A DNA stretch of 64,000 nt, from positions 32,426,001 to 32,490,000 of the forward strand of contig CM120642.1 in NCBI GenBank assembly GCA_051362555.1, read 5' to 3'. The translations under genes and the position numbers were made by a program. Positions 15,201-28,770 of the stretch are shown piece after piece. Origin of the DNA: Lingula anatina (Eukaryota > Animalia > Brachiopoda). Numbering within the stretch: position 1 is the first letter of the stretch; every line of letters starts with the position of its first letter. The notes under the pieces were generated by a model. That model did no database searches. It saw only the letters and a list, made by a program, of their open reading frames with translations, and was not told where the DNA came from.

Positions 15201-18200
15201 GGGAAACCCCTCTTTTTGCTGGGAAAAGGTCCTCTCTGGGTAAATTTATCTAGGCACACAAAGATTTCATGGTAAATTGTCCACTTTTTCAGAATAAAGT
15301 ATAACACTTTTGAAACCGCTGGCTACGGGACTGCATGGCATTTAATTGTGTGTAACTTCCTTAATTCTCATGACTTCCTTATTTGTTAAGAAGACAGAGT
15401 GGCAAAACCTCCTTCTTTTTGCTACCCCCCTCCCCCTCTTCCCATTAAATCAAGACAAGCAACAAAAATGTCTTGACATAAAAGTGTTCCAGCAAATAGT
15501 GATGATATATCACTGCATGTTATGTGGCCCTAGGTGTGTCTAGGGAAGGGTAGGTTATTACTGTGGAGAAAGTATGTACTGGAGTTACTCACACATATTA
15601 GACATCTCTCTTGTATCAATATTTCATTTTTCAATAATCCTTTTAAAATAAAGTTTATTAATTTCTTAAAACTTTCAAATCATGCTTTCTTTTTAAATGT
15701 TTTTAAAAAACAATGTCTCTTAAGAAATTAAATTGACCACTTTTGTCCAAATTAAATAATTATTATAAATGTGTGTGTGTGTGTGTGTGTGGTCAACTAT
15801 TTCACGTACTTCAGTTTTGAAGGATATTTACATAAAACAATAACATTTAAATTTTGCATTTAATATATGTACTGACTGATTCCGGATATCAAGTCAGGAA
15901 GGGGAAAACATCTTCTGTGGGCCCCAGAATGTCATTTCTCCTCCTATATCTTTGAAATGTGTTCCCATAGATACCACTTGTCTACATAAATCGATTCACA
16001 ATGTGTGTGTGTGTGTGCATGTGTGTGTGCTTACGTGCATGCATGCATATCCATAGCTATGTGTATGTGACCCCGAATATCTTCATGTGTAACAGCATTC
16101 AGCTTTTCAAAAGTAGTTTTTCATGTAGATAAACCATTAAACTAAATTACAGTAACATACATACTCATAAACATGGTTGTTTTGAACCAGACACGACAGA
16201 TGTACTTAAACATATGTATACATGGGGGGACCAAGCACCACTCCCTTCTTTCCTAAATGAAAAAGAAAAAAAAAATCTCTCTACCTTATACCAAAAAGGG
16301 AGAAGATTCAAACATCTGACACGAGGTTAAAAATTACTCAGTACTGAAATTTATGTTCAAACTTGCACTGACTTTTCGGAAATTGTTTTTGAGACAAGAG
16401 AGAAAGGGTGAAGTGACATCTTAGATCCACCTGTGGTTTAACACAATCCAGATACAATAATGAATAAAAAGTAATCTGATATACTGTCATTTAACTGACT
16501 GCTCAAAATACCATAACAAGACACCAATGGTATTCATATATAACAAGTATATTTCAGTAACAGCCTACCTTTCTTGCTTGAACCTGTGCAACCATTTGGT
16601 CTACGATGTTCAGAATCATACTTTCACTTTTCTCTGGCAGGGAGTTTATATTCATAGATGCTGTAACTGATGAATTATAATTTACAAATCTTGTCAACAG
16701 TCAATCAAATCAATTTTAGGTCTCTTCATAAATAAGCCTGAACCCATGGATCGACAACAGAGATGTAACGAAAAGTCAACTGAAAATTTCCCCGAGTTTA
16801 GGTCACTGGAAGTCTCATGTACAATGGAATCCTTCCTTCCTGTGCTACCAACACATGGTGACTGCCTCAGGTGTCCTTCCAATCTGTACTGTCAGTCAGC
16901 TGTCTCTCTTTTAAAATATTTCCTTGAAAAGTGTGTTTTTAAAAATATTTCCTTGAAAAATGTGTTTGTCAACAGCTGACAGACTGAGGCTACTTCAGTG
17001 AAGCTGAGTCTGTGCTGAGGATGTTCACAAGATAGAAGAGGTATCTCTCAGAGGACAAGACATGGTCTGTCCCATGTTAACACTACTGTCCTGTGGTTGT
17101 GGTTACAACCTCTGTTAACAATGGAGGGAAAGTTCATTGAATCACTTTTCTATGGATAGGCTACCAAAGGGGGGGGGGGGGGGGTACACAATACCTGGGT
17201 TTATGAAAGGTGCTATCATGCTACTGTTTACTACATTTTATTTGTTCACATCTTAAAGATGGATCTTTAAGAAGTTTTGAGTTATTTGGACAGAATTTTG
17301 TATGTACACTGCACAAAGTGTCACACTATATGGTAGATGACTTATCAGTCACATCATACTGTTAGAAACATTCTTTTCTTTCATCCATTTAAATTGAGTC
17401 ATGTCATGTTCATTAATTTTGTAAAATTGTGCTTGAATTACACACACATCCTTATCAACAAAAATTTTTAAAAATGTATATCGAATCATTTTGTCCACTT
17501 TAAAACAAGTCAAACACAGACACCCCCTGGTGTCAACCCTCTCCCCATAAATACATGTCATAGCAGGTAAAGTAACAGGAATTTGAATACCCTGTGTATG
17601 ACATGCGACCTGACACATGCAACCTTCCTGTAGATTTATAAAAACAATATATATAAATCATAACTTAGGACAAGACACAGCATCGAAGTTTTGGTTATCT
17701 TTATTCTGATCAGTTGTTTAAGTGTTTTTTTATAGCTACTCTCAGTGATTTGGGGGATCTTTATCAATCATTTTATTACTAGTACTGAATTAATTTCAGT
17801 GATAAAATACTTAAGTGGTTAAATAAGACTATCAACATCAATTTATCAATCACTTATAACAGTGATTACCAAAAGGAAAATTAAAAATTAAATCAAATTA
17901 AAAAAAAAAAAAACGCTTTTAGGGCTTTTTGCATAGAATTTTCCAAAATAATCCACAAGAAAGCTTGAATTATTTCTATCTGTGTTAGGGTGTACAGATC
18001 TTTCTATAGTGCTGGTCTATGCATCACTACGAGAAAATCTGCCACTTGCACCTTTGCACACCATAAACAAAAGGAATTTCCGGAAACCCACATAACTACC
18101 AATAAAAAAAACTCATTCCAAGAATTAAAGATTAGATAATGCTGTGGTGATATTAGGTGTTGATTTAATGTCAAATGATTCACTTTAAGTATTTCATTAC

Positions 18201-20619
18201 CCATCAACAGTCATTAAGTCCAGTGGTAAGAAACAGTACACTTGTATCCTTGTAAGGTCACATGCTTTTGTAATGACGTGCCACATGAGACGACATGAAC
18301 CTGTAACAGGGCTAATTATGGTGATGAAAAACTTATGCAAATCTTCAACATTTCATTGATTAATACTTGCAACTTTGGGCAAGTGCGAGGGCACTGCAGA
18401 ATATCTTGTTTTTTACTTCGAAGCTGCCAAGTGAACCCCACTATTGTAGAATGCTTGTTTGCAGTTACTGTTAGTATAACATATTGTTTTTATTATGGAT
18501 AGGACAATCCTAGTTTAAAATGTTGCAAAAATCAGATGTGTGCAATATAAGCTTTCACACAATCACCTGGTAGGGCTTTTTCAAAAGAAGCATTTTCAAA
18601 ATTTATTTCATACTTTCTGCCAGAACACTCGCAGTACTACATTCTCAAAATGTTCTCAATTTTCAGTTTGCTCATCCACTTTTACATTCACCCAGGCCTG
18701 AGGGTTAGATAAATATAATTTCACCAGCTGGACTTCATGAGTACCTGGGTGGCTACAAACTATCCAATCATCTCTAAAACATCTGAAGTTTAGAAATTTA
18801 AAATTATCTTTTGTAATCTACCACAATCATAAAAATATCTTTCATCACTGACAACTGAATCTGTGCTTATCAATGCATAAATATGCCAATGCACTTAAAA
18901 CCAAAAACAACTTAGATTTGCAACACCTGACTAGGAAATTCATCCTCAGGGGAAAATACTTTTTTATAAAGCTAATTTCTGTCATACAGCTTTAATATCA
19001 AAATCTTTCACAAATTTTCCATTGACATAAAGTAATCAAGTACATTATTCTATTACACCTTTACTCCAATCTATATGGAAGTTTGACCACAGTGCAGTGG
19101 ACATGAGAACAGCAGACTAGATAATAGGGCAGCAAGCAGTTCATCATGTCCTCAAATGATAACCTCTGACTCACAGGACAAGAGGAATGTTGTAGTTGTG
19201 ACAATGTCAGCATCAGAAAACATGGACACAATCAAGGGATGATAATGTCAAGGATCAACTTGATATTTTACCCCTCTTGATAAAAAAAATGAACAAATAT
19301 TTTAAAGTTTCTTCTGGGAATGTCACATTTTCCTAAAGCTGGGGCTTATTTTCTTAAGCATAACCGTGTGCATAAGTCTACTGTATTGAACCTAGCTTCA
19401 TCCTAGCATATTTTAAATCACCTAATCTACAGACTAACAAAATATGGAGCATCCCTTTGAAAAATCTTATCAGTTACCAAGTGATATACTTAGTGACCTA
19501 TAGTACAGGTGAATCTACATTTGCCAATTTATCATCATTGTCAGTTTATGAACTGTGTCATGAACCCCAAAGCAGCCTTACCAGCTTTGTGGCTTCTGCC
19601 TTAAAAACTGTGTGGTTTATACCCCATTCACACTACAGTTGCAAAAATGCGCATTTCTATAATCCGAATTTTTCGTAAGGAATTCGATTCGGTATTGCGT
19701 TCACACACGCTAAGCGAATCCGAATTACACGTTGAAAATTTCAGGTTTAACTTCCTGTTTTGAACACTTGCGCATGTGCCGCACAGGAAATCTTAAAATA
19801 CCAACAAAAATTTGTGACGACAAATGCAACTCTAAAGACATTCCAGCATTCTTGAGAAGTATAAGATGGCAAAATAAGTTTGTTTCCTCATGTTGTAGTG
19901 AGTGGTGACCTCCAAATACGTTTGGTGCAATCGCTAAAGTAATAAACAAGCGTTCATAGATACCCGCACTTATCTGCACACATGCGCAGTTAGATCTGTA
20001 CAGGTGTCGATTCCGGTAAGTTATCCTGATCGCGCTTAGAAATCCACCTCGCTTGCAGGATTTTGAAAATGCGCATTACAAAAATCCTCTTGCGTTCACA
20101 CTACTGCATTTATTCGAATTGTGACCTAATTCGCAATTTATCCGGATAACTGAGCGTAGTGTGAACGGGGTAATAGATTCACAATAAATTAAAGAAATTG
20201 CTTATAGTCACTGAGTATAGTTCTGATTATGGCACAAAGTTATTTATAAGCAGTTGCACTTTCAGAGCCTGGAAAAAGATCAAGAGGGGTAAACCAAAGA
20301 AAAATGCACCCAAAAGAACTTTTAAAAAGATTAATAACTTTTCCATCTTAAGAATTTTCATAATTGCATTTTGAAATAAAAAAGCCTCTAAGAATAATGA
20401 GAAAGAGAGGAGGGGAAAGAGAAGAGGGGGGTTAATAACTAAGGAAATCTGTAAACCATTGTTCTTGCTCACCTCAAGTCCACCATCGTGATACCTTAGA
20501 TGATCACTAGTGAGAATGAACCAGCGACTGCGATAGTTTTCTGACGTGAATCTGCTACGTAGCTGTGCACGCTTGATCATAAAGTCCTTCTTGACTATGT
20601 AGTCATTAAAGGCAGCCAT
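706..20619 (-). CDS. Tec/Btk-family non-receptor tyrosine kinase, 5' part (PH, BTK/TH motif, start of SH3); continues beyond left edge
   Basis: Phase-consistent GT-AG exons: 20473-20619 (MAAFNDYIVKKDFMIKRAQLRSRFTSENYRSRWFILTSDHLRYHDGGLE; an in-frame ATG also lies upstream at 20646), 6874-6975 (KGPGKEKGRLNLAQVKIVENVD...ALQ), 3962-4061 (VVYTDGNTLEFYTLYIIATSEDQRNDWVMTLRD), 3383-3556 (BTK Zn motif KYHPGVW...YSCCGQTDKNAPGC), 3134-3189 (Ser/Pro linker), 706-798 (SH3 start VIALFDYDAAEADDLSLAK). The domain order PH-BTK-SH3 is diagnostic of Tec kinases (Btk29A/TEC/ITK/BTK-like). Confidence 0.93.
2116..2358. mobile_element. Harbinger-like MITE (degenerate palindrome)
   Basis: Arms GGACTTATTTCCAATGAAAC..GTAGATTGATC..ATCAGATTAACA / TGTTAATCTGATT..GATCGATCTAC..GTTTCATTGGGAATGAGCTCC. 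Confidence 0.65.
4099..4275. repeat. (ATT)n and (GTT)n microsatellites
   Basis: Runs at ~4099-4135 and ~4227-4275. Confidence 0.9.
5137..5351. mobile_element. Harbinger-like MITE
   Basis: TAA|GACCCCATTCCCAGAG..TAGATCGATCTA ... TAGATCGATCTA..CTCTGGGAATACGCCC|TTA. A partial inverted copy lies at ~21568-21700. Confidence 0.75.
10845..11110. mobile_element. Harbinger-like MITE
   Basis: GGGCCCGTTCCCATAGATACC ... GGTGTTTATGTGAATGAGGTC, flanked by TAA/TTA; internally similar to 32003-32268. Confidence 0.7.
11610..14240. mobile_element. Non-autonomous TIR DNA transposon (Tc1/mariner-type TA TSD) with internal satellite
   Basis: Perfect 25-bp TIRs: CGGTAAAGTCTTGAAAATTTCGTCG (11610-11634) and CGACGAAATTTTCAAGACTTTACCG (14216-14240), flanked by TA on both sides. 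No transposase ORF. Confidence 0.85.
12180..13745. repeat. CpG-rich higher-order tandem array inside the TIR element
   Basis: The core motif GGAGA(A)TCGTTCGCG recurs more than 20 times, grouped into ~310-bp subunits and a ~625-bp higher-order unit (anchor GGAGATCATTATTTTAAC at ~12479, 13107, 13724), with poly-C and (CA)n linkers. Confidence 0.9.
15172..15333. mobile_element. MITE with CAG...CTG ends and exact 5-bp TSD CATGG
   Basis: CATGG|CAGGCCCCTAGC ... GCTACGGGACTG|CATGG. Confidence 0.7.
19620..20172. mobile_element. Harbinger-like non-autonomous element, CpG-rich
   Basis: TIRs TACCCCATTCACACTAC / GTAGTGTGAACGGGGTA; internal TTGCGTTCACAC direct repeats. Confidence 0.75.
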
Positions 20620-20935
20620 GTTGGGTTCTTTCTCTTTCAGTTTCATACATGCATATACATTTCAGACGTGCAGTCCAGACTTCAACAAGCTGAAATGGTG
20701 TCTCGCAGAAAATTTCCCTCAGCCCTGGCTGCAAACCTGAGCTCTCTCTACTGCAGAAGATAGGGAAGACATTCTATCTTCTTAACTGACCTGAAGAGAA
20801 ATAACAGGACGCAATTAGCGATATGATTATTGGCATTATCCAGTGCAAGTTTTCAGCCAGTTCAACATCTGTAAATATTTATGGTTAACAAAACCAGAAA
20901 TGCAAGTCAAAGTTGAAGTGAATCAGGCTTCCTAA

Positions 20936-21196
20936 GACCCCATTCCCATACCAAGATTGATCTAGCAGGATCGACCCATCTCTGGGAGGATTCTCACTAA
21001 ATTGCACTTAGCTAAGCAGCTTAAATGTCTGGCATACCTACTGAACCTGCTTAACTATACTAGTAGTTAATCACCCCCTAACAGCTTCAGGGGGCATGCC
21101 AGACATCACAGCCTCTTCATTTGGTTGCAATTTAGCGAGAAACCCCTCGGAGATGGGTAGAATCTGCTAGATTGACCTAGGTATGGCAACGGGGTC
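20936..21196. mobile_element. Harbinger-like MITE
   Basis: GACCCCATTCCCATACC..GATCTAGCAG / CTGCTAGATT..GGTATGGCAACGGGGTC. Confidence 0.7.
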
Positions 21197-22180
21197 TATA
21201 ATATATCCAGTTAGGAAAATGGAGTTGATTATTCAGTTTCTTTATAACACACATTGTTGCATTAGAAAACAGAGTTTTATAAGTTGGTCTTAAGTTTTAA
21301 TTTCAAGACATGACATATTAGCACAGTGACAATCATGTGCAATGAAAATAAACTTTCATAGAATTTTATCACTTTCACATTCATTTTTTAATAGATTCAA
21401 CCGCAATAGTGATGGAACTTGGTGCAATGCTTAGATGAAAATCAGAACTTCACTGTATGGAATTCTATTATAGTGCTGTATCATTTGTTAATGTGATTAT
21501 TTTGGTTATAAGATCATTACAGACTGCATGATACAACATTGGCAGTTTCCTAGAAATACTCTTAGGTCAGATAATCCAGTTTAAATGTCCTTCCCGCTTA
21601 CTACAACTTTCGTGCCCGCTCGGCTGACAGTTATTTAGCGTGAACCCCCAGGGAGTTAGGTTGATCTAATTGGATCGATCTAACCTCTGGGAATGGGGTT
21701 TTTAGCTACAGATAACATGTGCATTTTTAATGAATGATACCCCATACTGAATCATGATCTCTCTCTCTCTCTCTCTCTCTCTTTTGCATAAAATACAGCA
21801 AATATCTCAGTTCAAATGAAAGTAGATTAATAGCAACTAATTGAGTTTTGATTTCATTTGTACACAAGCCTCTGTCAATAATTTTCAGGTTAAACCACAG
21901 GAAGGAGGACACTGATTGCTGCAGAGTATTTCAAGTTATTAGTTACTAGTACGTAACCACTGCAATTAGCTGGAATAAAACAAGAAAGCGAAAGACATCC
22001 AAGGAAAATGTCCCAGTTTCTTGCATCCGTCCTCCTGTATGCATAACACTGATTGCCACAGCATTGAAGTGATAGTATTCAGAACCAGTTATCTACCTTA
22101 GATATCTCAGTGTGTTAAAGAGGGGCTTTAGAAGTCGTGCGTCTCCCATCCTCACCTCAGGAGGTTCTAGTTTACTGTAC

Positions 22181-22355
22181 GGCCCCATTCATAATAGAGG
22201 ACTAAGTAGTCTGAGGATCAAATATGGTCGACCCACCTGAAATTTTCCCAATGGGATATCTATTCAGTGTCTATTAGCTGATTAAACGGCAAGCTTTGTA
22301 GTGGGTCGCCATATTTGACCCTCGGACTAGTAAGTCCCCTATTCTGAATGGGGCC
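22181..22355. mobile_element. Harbinger-like MITE, 175 bp
   Basis: GGCCCCATTCATAATAGAGGACT..CAAATATGG..GACCCAC / GTGGGTC..CCATATTTG..AGTCCCCTATTCTGAATGGGGCC. A truncated copy lies at 54881-55021. Confidence 0.8.
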
Positions 22356-22951
22356 TATGTTACCTGAGAATTTCCCATTCTTTAAAATCAGCCACTTAGT
22401 TGATTATGTAGTGTGTTGCCCATATTGCCCAACTTGCTATAAAAATGAACTAGCCATGGTATCTCCACCACCAAGGTGGACAAAAAATTAAAAGGAGCAG
22501 TCAAGAATATTTTCCTATTGGTGCAAGTACTGTATGGCATTTAAGAACTAAGAATTCCTGCTTGATTTGACTTAATAAAGCACTGTAGCTTTGCTCCTCT
22601 AACAAAGTCCATATAAACTCCCAACAGTATAATCAGTTAGGAACTTACATATTGTGAAGAAAATCAAATTTATTCACTTGAAACTGACTCGAGCTGGTGT
22701 TGAAATTCTACCAATATATAATAGGAACCAGTATTTACACAGTAAAACATCTTCCAGTAACTTAACACTACAGCAGAAACCTGAATACTGCAGAGTTGTC
22801 TGTATTGATCTGCTGCATGGGACAAAAAGCAGGTGCCCAAAAGCAGCACAACAAACCCCCCCTGAGAGCACCTGTCTGACCTATAGATACTAGTACCTTT
22901 CAGCTTGTGAAATCCTGGCCTCCAGTACCAGATCACTCATCTGGTCCCTTA

Positions 22952-23208
22952 GGGACCATTCCCAGACCCTATCATATTAACTTTGGATCGAACTATCTCC
23001 AAGGTGATTCTCACTCAATTGCAATTGACTTAGGCGGCTTAGATGTCGGCCAGGCCTTCTGAAGCTGATATCGGTAATTAACTATTGTTTAGCAGCTTTA
23101 GTAGGTATCCCAGACATCTAAACCACTTGAGCTGAAAGCAATTTAGCGAGAAATCCCATGGAGATGAAGCGATCTTGTTAGATTAATCTAGGGATGGGAA
23201 CCCAGTCT
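22952..23208. mobile_element. Harbinger-like MITE
   Basis: Left arm GGGACCATTCCCAGACCCTATCATATTAAC; related to the inverted copy at ~52433-52666. Confidence 0.7.
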
Positions 23209-26200
23209 TACACCACATTCATTTCTTGTTACAGTCCAACAAACATCATGATTTGCAGTGCCGATGCCTGACTGATAGAATTCCTGTGTAATTCATGTCA
23301 CATGTTATATAGCATTATTTTTGCGTGTTCTTTTACCATGCATTAAATGCAGGATTACTGGGTAAATTTATACATACAAGGCATTCTGCTACTCTAAAGC
23401 ACTGACAAAAGTTCTTTCTAACATGTGAACATCTCCATTCAACATGTACAAAACAATTATAATTTTAGTTCTGTATCTTTAGATTCTTGATTGGCTTATT
23501 ATTTAGATGCCACATTTAAGGAGAAAATCTTAATGCTCTTTTCAAATATATGACTAAGATAAATAACATTAATCTAAAATCAACTAAATAAGGCCTACCC
23601 TATTATTATATGTGTCCTAGCTTAAACACACAATTAATATTTCAGAGATGATCAGATTAATTCTCACAGATCTAACTAATATTTCAGATTTTAATGCAAG
23701 GACTTTGTAGAAGAATCTCGAAACATCAAAATTTTCCCACACACACTTCCCTACCCCTACACACACATAAAAGAAACAAAAATACACAGGAGCACTGCAT
23801 ACTATTTGTTCACATTATGCTACATGTAGTTAAGACAAACAAATCTTTGTTCAGTCTTTCTATTATGAGCATTTGTTAATCTATAACAAATTCTCCAATT
23901 CACTAGGCAATATAACAAGCCTATATGACAGGTGTGTTTCATGTCCAAAATACAGATCACTTCCCTGTTTACCTGTCATTGGCCAGCAATAAACTCTTAT
24001 TACCTTACACACTGATATCTCAGGCAGGATATACGGAAGTATATTAGATCAAACCTGATGACAGATCAACAGCATAGCTTCATTTAATATGGAATTAAAG
24101 ACAAAAGGTGACTGGTAGATTTGTAAAAGGAAACAAATATATTTACAAATGTAATATTAACACAATCAGTGCAGAGACTATCGCATTGGCAAAGTTTCTT
24201 CAAATTCTTTTGAGAAAATAAATAATACTGCATCCCTTGCTCAGTTGTACGCAAAAAAATGAATGATCTGTATATTGCAAATGGTTTTAGGAGATATGTA
24301 TATAAGCGTATTTAGAGCAATCAGAGTGCTATCTTGTCAATGCTTATTGTATATTTTCATCAGTTCTACCTGATGCCTAAGTATGAAATAAAACATATGC
24401 TGATTGAAGAATGCTCACGCTTACCATGAAAAGGCATGGACTTTTGATTTTGATTTAAATACTAAGCTGAAATTCAAATGACAAACAGTTTTCTTTTCAG
24501 AGCAACTCCTTTCTCATATCTCACCAAATGATAAATTGATGTATTAAGACTTCAGTATCTATAATCATATTGTAAATGCACAGATTAAATTCTGTGAAAT
24601 CCAAAAGGAAAGTTAAATTAAACATGTCAACACTGTTAAAACTTCATTATAAAAAAATATAATACAGACATTTAAGGATAACATACCTGAGTTGAATACT
24701 ATTTCACACAATCCATATATCAGCATTTTACTTGAATCTCTGAAGCAACTTTAAATAGACAGCTATTCAGATTACTTTTTTTAGCTATAAATTATTAAGA
24801 TGTTAAAACAAATACCCTTGTCTTGCTAACAAGAACATGAATGGATGCTCAGAAAAAAATTCAAAATATATTGGAATAAAATAAATGAATCTAGAATCAA
24901 CCAAAATGGGTAAGTACAAAGAGAGGGGGTCACAAAAATGATTTTCAAGTTACACTAGCCAAGTATGGGGTAGTGCCAATTGCTGGTTTCACACCGAAAA
25001 AAATTATCTTCAAAAATGTAACTTATAAGTCAGAATATATATATCTCAAAGTTACCCTCTACCAAGGCGACAGATTGATTTTTCACAAGATATTCACAGA
25101 TATATCTTTAGATAAAAAGACGCTCATTTGATTCTCTGTCTGGCTTTTGGAAAGTCACCTGTGATATCTGCCACCCTGGTAGAGGATAGCTCAAAGTTGT
25201 GTTATGAACTTCTAATAATTATTTTGGTGTACCTTTTGAAAATAATTCTGAAAAAGGGGACATTTAACTTTGAAGTTATAAAAAATCAGGAGATTACATG
25301 GGATGTACCTACTTAGCATACTTATTTTGGTAGGACACATATAGGTAAACCAAAAAAAAAAAAAAAAAAAAAAATTCACTTCCTGGTTAAAAGTTATAAA
25401 TACTACAAAGCATGCAGTTTTTTTAACCTTTTTGTCAAATATATCAATTTCAAAGGTAAACACCCAATAGTCTTGATCCAATGAACATTATTTCTTTGAG
25501 TTATTCAGTATTTTTTTCATTATCTAGGCTCATGCTTGTGACATAATAATTATTATCAGGGGACAGCTCACAAGTACTCATACATGTCTTTTGTTTTTGT
25601 TTTTTCATTACATCCCAAATATGGCATATATACCAAGAAAAGCCAACAACAGCACAGTTTTCACTTAAATGGGATAAGATACTGTGGTTGTATTTTTCCA
25701 CTTTCCACAACAGGTTTAAATAAAATAGCATTTATTTTATTCAAATCACTAACTTTAATGATTTAACATGAGCAATGTCCCTAAGACTTCCAACAATTTG
25801 TTGACATATTGGTGTATGCTTGCATTCAATCTAAAACTATTTAAGACTGTTTTACAGTTTTTTTTACAAAAGAATTTCTTCAAAGGTTTTGAGAAACTTG
25901 TGTTGGTAGTTCACAAAAGCTGGACATACATGAAAAAAAAAAAATGTTGGTGAATTCATAAAACTCATCTATCTATCGAACAAAAATTATTTTTAAATGT
26001 TCGAGGTGTTTGGAATTAAGTAAAGATCCCTTGACTAAGGACTGCAACCAGTCATTTTTGTCAAAATTACACACTCCATAAGCAGACAATATATAACCTC
26101 AAGAAATGAGATAAAAGTGCTCTTTATCTCAAACTCTTATCAACTTTATGTTCACTTTTGGATATCCATGTAACTGTTTAACTAACCCAGCTTTATCTAT

Positions 26201-26844
26201 ATATATATATTAGTATCCTGTAGGCAACAAAAATGACCCTTTAAAACATTTACCTTTTACATTCTGTGCCACTGACATCAGAATTTTTTGTTTGCCAAAA
26301 AATTGGCATATTTAGTGAAACCTGATCTCTAAGCATTTTATTATTTTATTGTATGTAAACTACATAAGTGGCTTGGAAACTGTTATTATGCCAAAGTTCA
26401 TAAGACTAGTAGCTCACACCATGACTTAATCATTTGTCACAGAAGTTAAACCAGCATTCTTCCATACACATAACACTATACCATATTTTCTCCAACTATG
26501 GCGAAATCTATTACAGAAAAAGTCACTAGATACTACTTTGCTGCATTCATTCACTCACTCTGGGATAATTTTGTTTTACAGGCATATAGCTGAAAAATTT
26601 TAAAGTCAAGATTTTGAGTGGAAATGATAAAAATAATAATTTTGTCATTTATTTTGACTACAATTCAAGCATTTTCATATATATATAAAACAATAAGATC
26701 TAAATACTTCATCTGGGCTGCTCTTGTATGATTCTACACATAACTGTACAAATACATTAACCTATACAGATAAAACATGGGGAATGTTTGGAAAAACAGC
26801 AGAAAACAAACATGACCCCTTACAACATCCTGGTAATATACTGA

Positions 26845-27720
26845 CAGTATATTACTGTACAAGATCCTCACTGGCAGTACATTACGTGATCCTCACTGAC
26901 AGTATATTTCATGATCCTCACTGGCAGTATATTATATGATCCTCATTGGCAGTACATTACGTGATCTTGATTGGCAGTACATTATTAGTACATGTTCCTC
27001 GCTGGCAGTGCACTATAAGATCCTCACTAACAGTAAATTGCATGATCCTCATTGGCAGTACATAACATGATCCTCACTGGTAGTAAATCACATGATCCAA
27101 ACTGGCAGTACTTAACACGATTCTCACTGGCAGTACATAACATGATCCTCACTGGCAGTGCATTACATGATCCTCACTGGCAGTACATAACATGATCCTC
27201 ATTGGCAATACATTACATGATCCTCACTGGCAGTACATTACATGATTCTCACTGGCAGTACATAACATGATCCTCACTGGCAGTACATTATATGATCCTC
27301 ACTGGCAGTACTTGATTGATTACTAGTACATGCTCCTCACTGGCAGTTCACTATAAGATCCTCACTGGTAGCTAGTACATTACGTGATCCTCACTGGCAG
27401 TACATAACATGATCCTCATTGGCAGTACATAACATGATCCTCATTGGCAGTACATTACATGATCCTCATTGGCAGTACATAACATGATCCTCATTGGCAG
27501 TACATAACATGATCCTCATTGGCAGTACATTACATGATCCTCATTGGCAGTACATAACATGATCCTCATTGGCAGTATATTACATGATCCTCACTGGCAG
27601 TACATAATATGATCCTCACTGACAGTACATAACGTGGTCCTCACTGGCAGTACATAACATGATCCTCACTCGCAATACTTTACATTATCCTCACTTGCAG
27701 TATATTACATAATCTTCCCA
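26845..27720. repeat. 25-bp minisatellite (about 33-35 units) in Tec 5' intron
   Basis: Unit TGATCCTCA(C/T)TGGCAGTACAT(A/T)ACA; GATCC at 27486, 27511 and 27536 shows period 25. Confidence 0.95.
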
Positions 27721-28011
27721 GGCAGCACATACTGGTAACATATCAACAGACGTGTGGTTATCTCTGCAATAACAAATCCTGGACCACTTCCTCCCTTTAA
27801 GAGGTATACTATAAGGGATTTTGATGCCAAATCTTGTTGCAGTGGAGAAAAAGCAATTTGCTTCTTCTGATGAAACACTGCTTGCCCCCCCCCCCCCCCC
27901 CGACTTGCATTTGGATATGTTTCGTACCATTTCAGATTTAAATTTAACTTTTATGTTGAAAAGGTATCTATTAAGACTGCAACGCCTTTACACTTTAGAA
28001 GAAATATTGAC

Positions 28012-28012
<1 letters not shown>

Positions 28013-28056
<44 letters not shown>
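28013..28056. repeat. (GA)n microsatellite
   Basis: Direct inspection. Confidence 0.95.
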
Positions 28057-28060
<4 letters not shown>

Positions 28061-28770
28061 ATATCTGATGAGATCACACACATACACAAACACAGACAGA
28101 CACACACTCACACACATTCATTCATTTTTTTCTTTTTTTTTGTGGGGGGGGGGGGGGCATAGCATATAGCAATTGGCAAAAGAACCTTGTTTAATAATAT
28201 AGAATGGACTGCCCACAAAACTAATATTCTCACACATCCAAATATCATCTTATTACCTCTATTTTGAATATTTAACATAAACAAATAACATAGGTTTTGT
28301 AAGAAAAAATATCCAACTATACAGTCAATGCCTAATAACCTGAGGGATCTGCATGAGTAAACAGTTGGTTCGCTTCTGTTTCCCCATACTTTTAAAAGTG
28401 TTCAATATAATGGACTAATATGGCAATTATTGCATGTTACTCACCAGCGATTTCAAAATATACTGTATATTGATATAATACATATGAAAATCAAACTAAT
28501 AACGGCTTTTTTCTTTACGATAAAAAGACATAATACCGTTTTACTTGTGTCTAACTATTGTAAATCATTGTATAACTAGACTATCCTACAGAAGCGGTTA
28601 ACACAAAAAAACGTCATAATTACTAGACATCCTACAGCGGCAGAATTAGGGAACGTCCTACTTTTTAGTGTTATTTTTATACACATTAACAAACTGCACT
28701 CCAAATAAAACACACACAGACAGTTTCATTTAAATTACTTAAAGAACTATTATATCTTTAAGGGTCTTAC

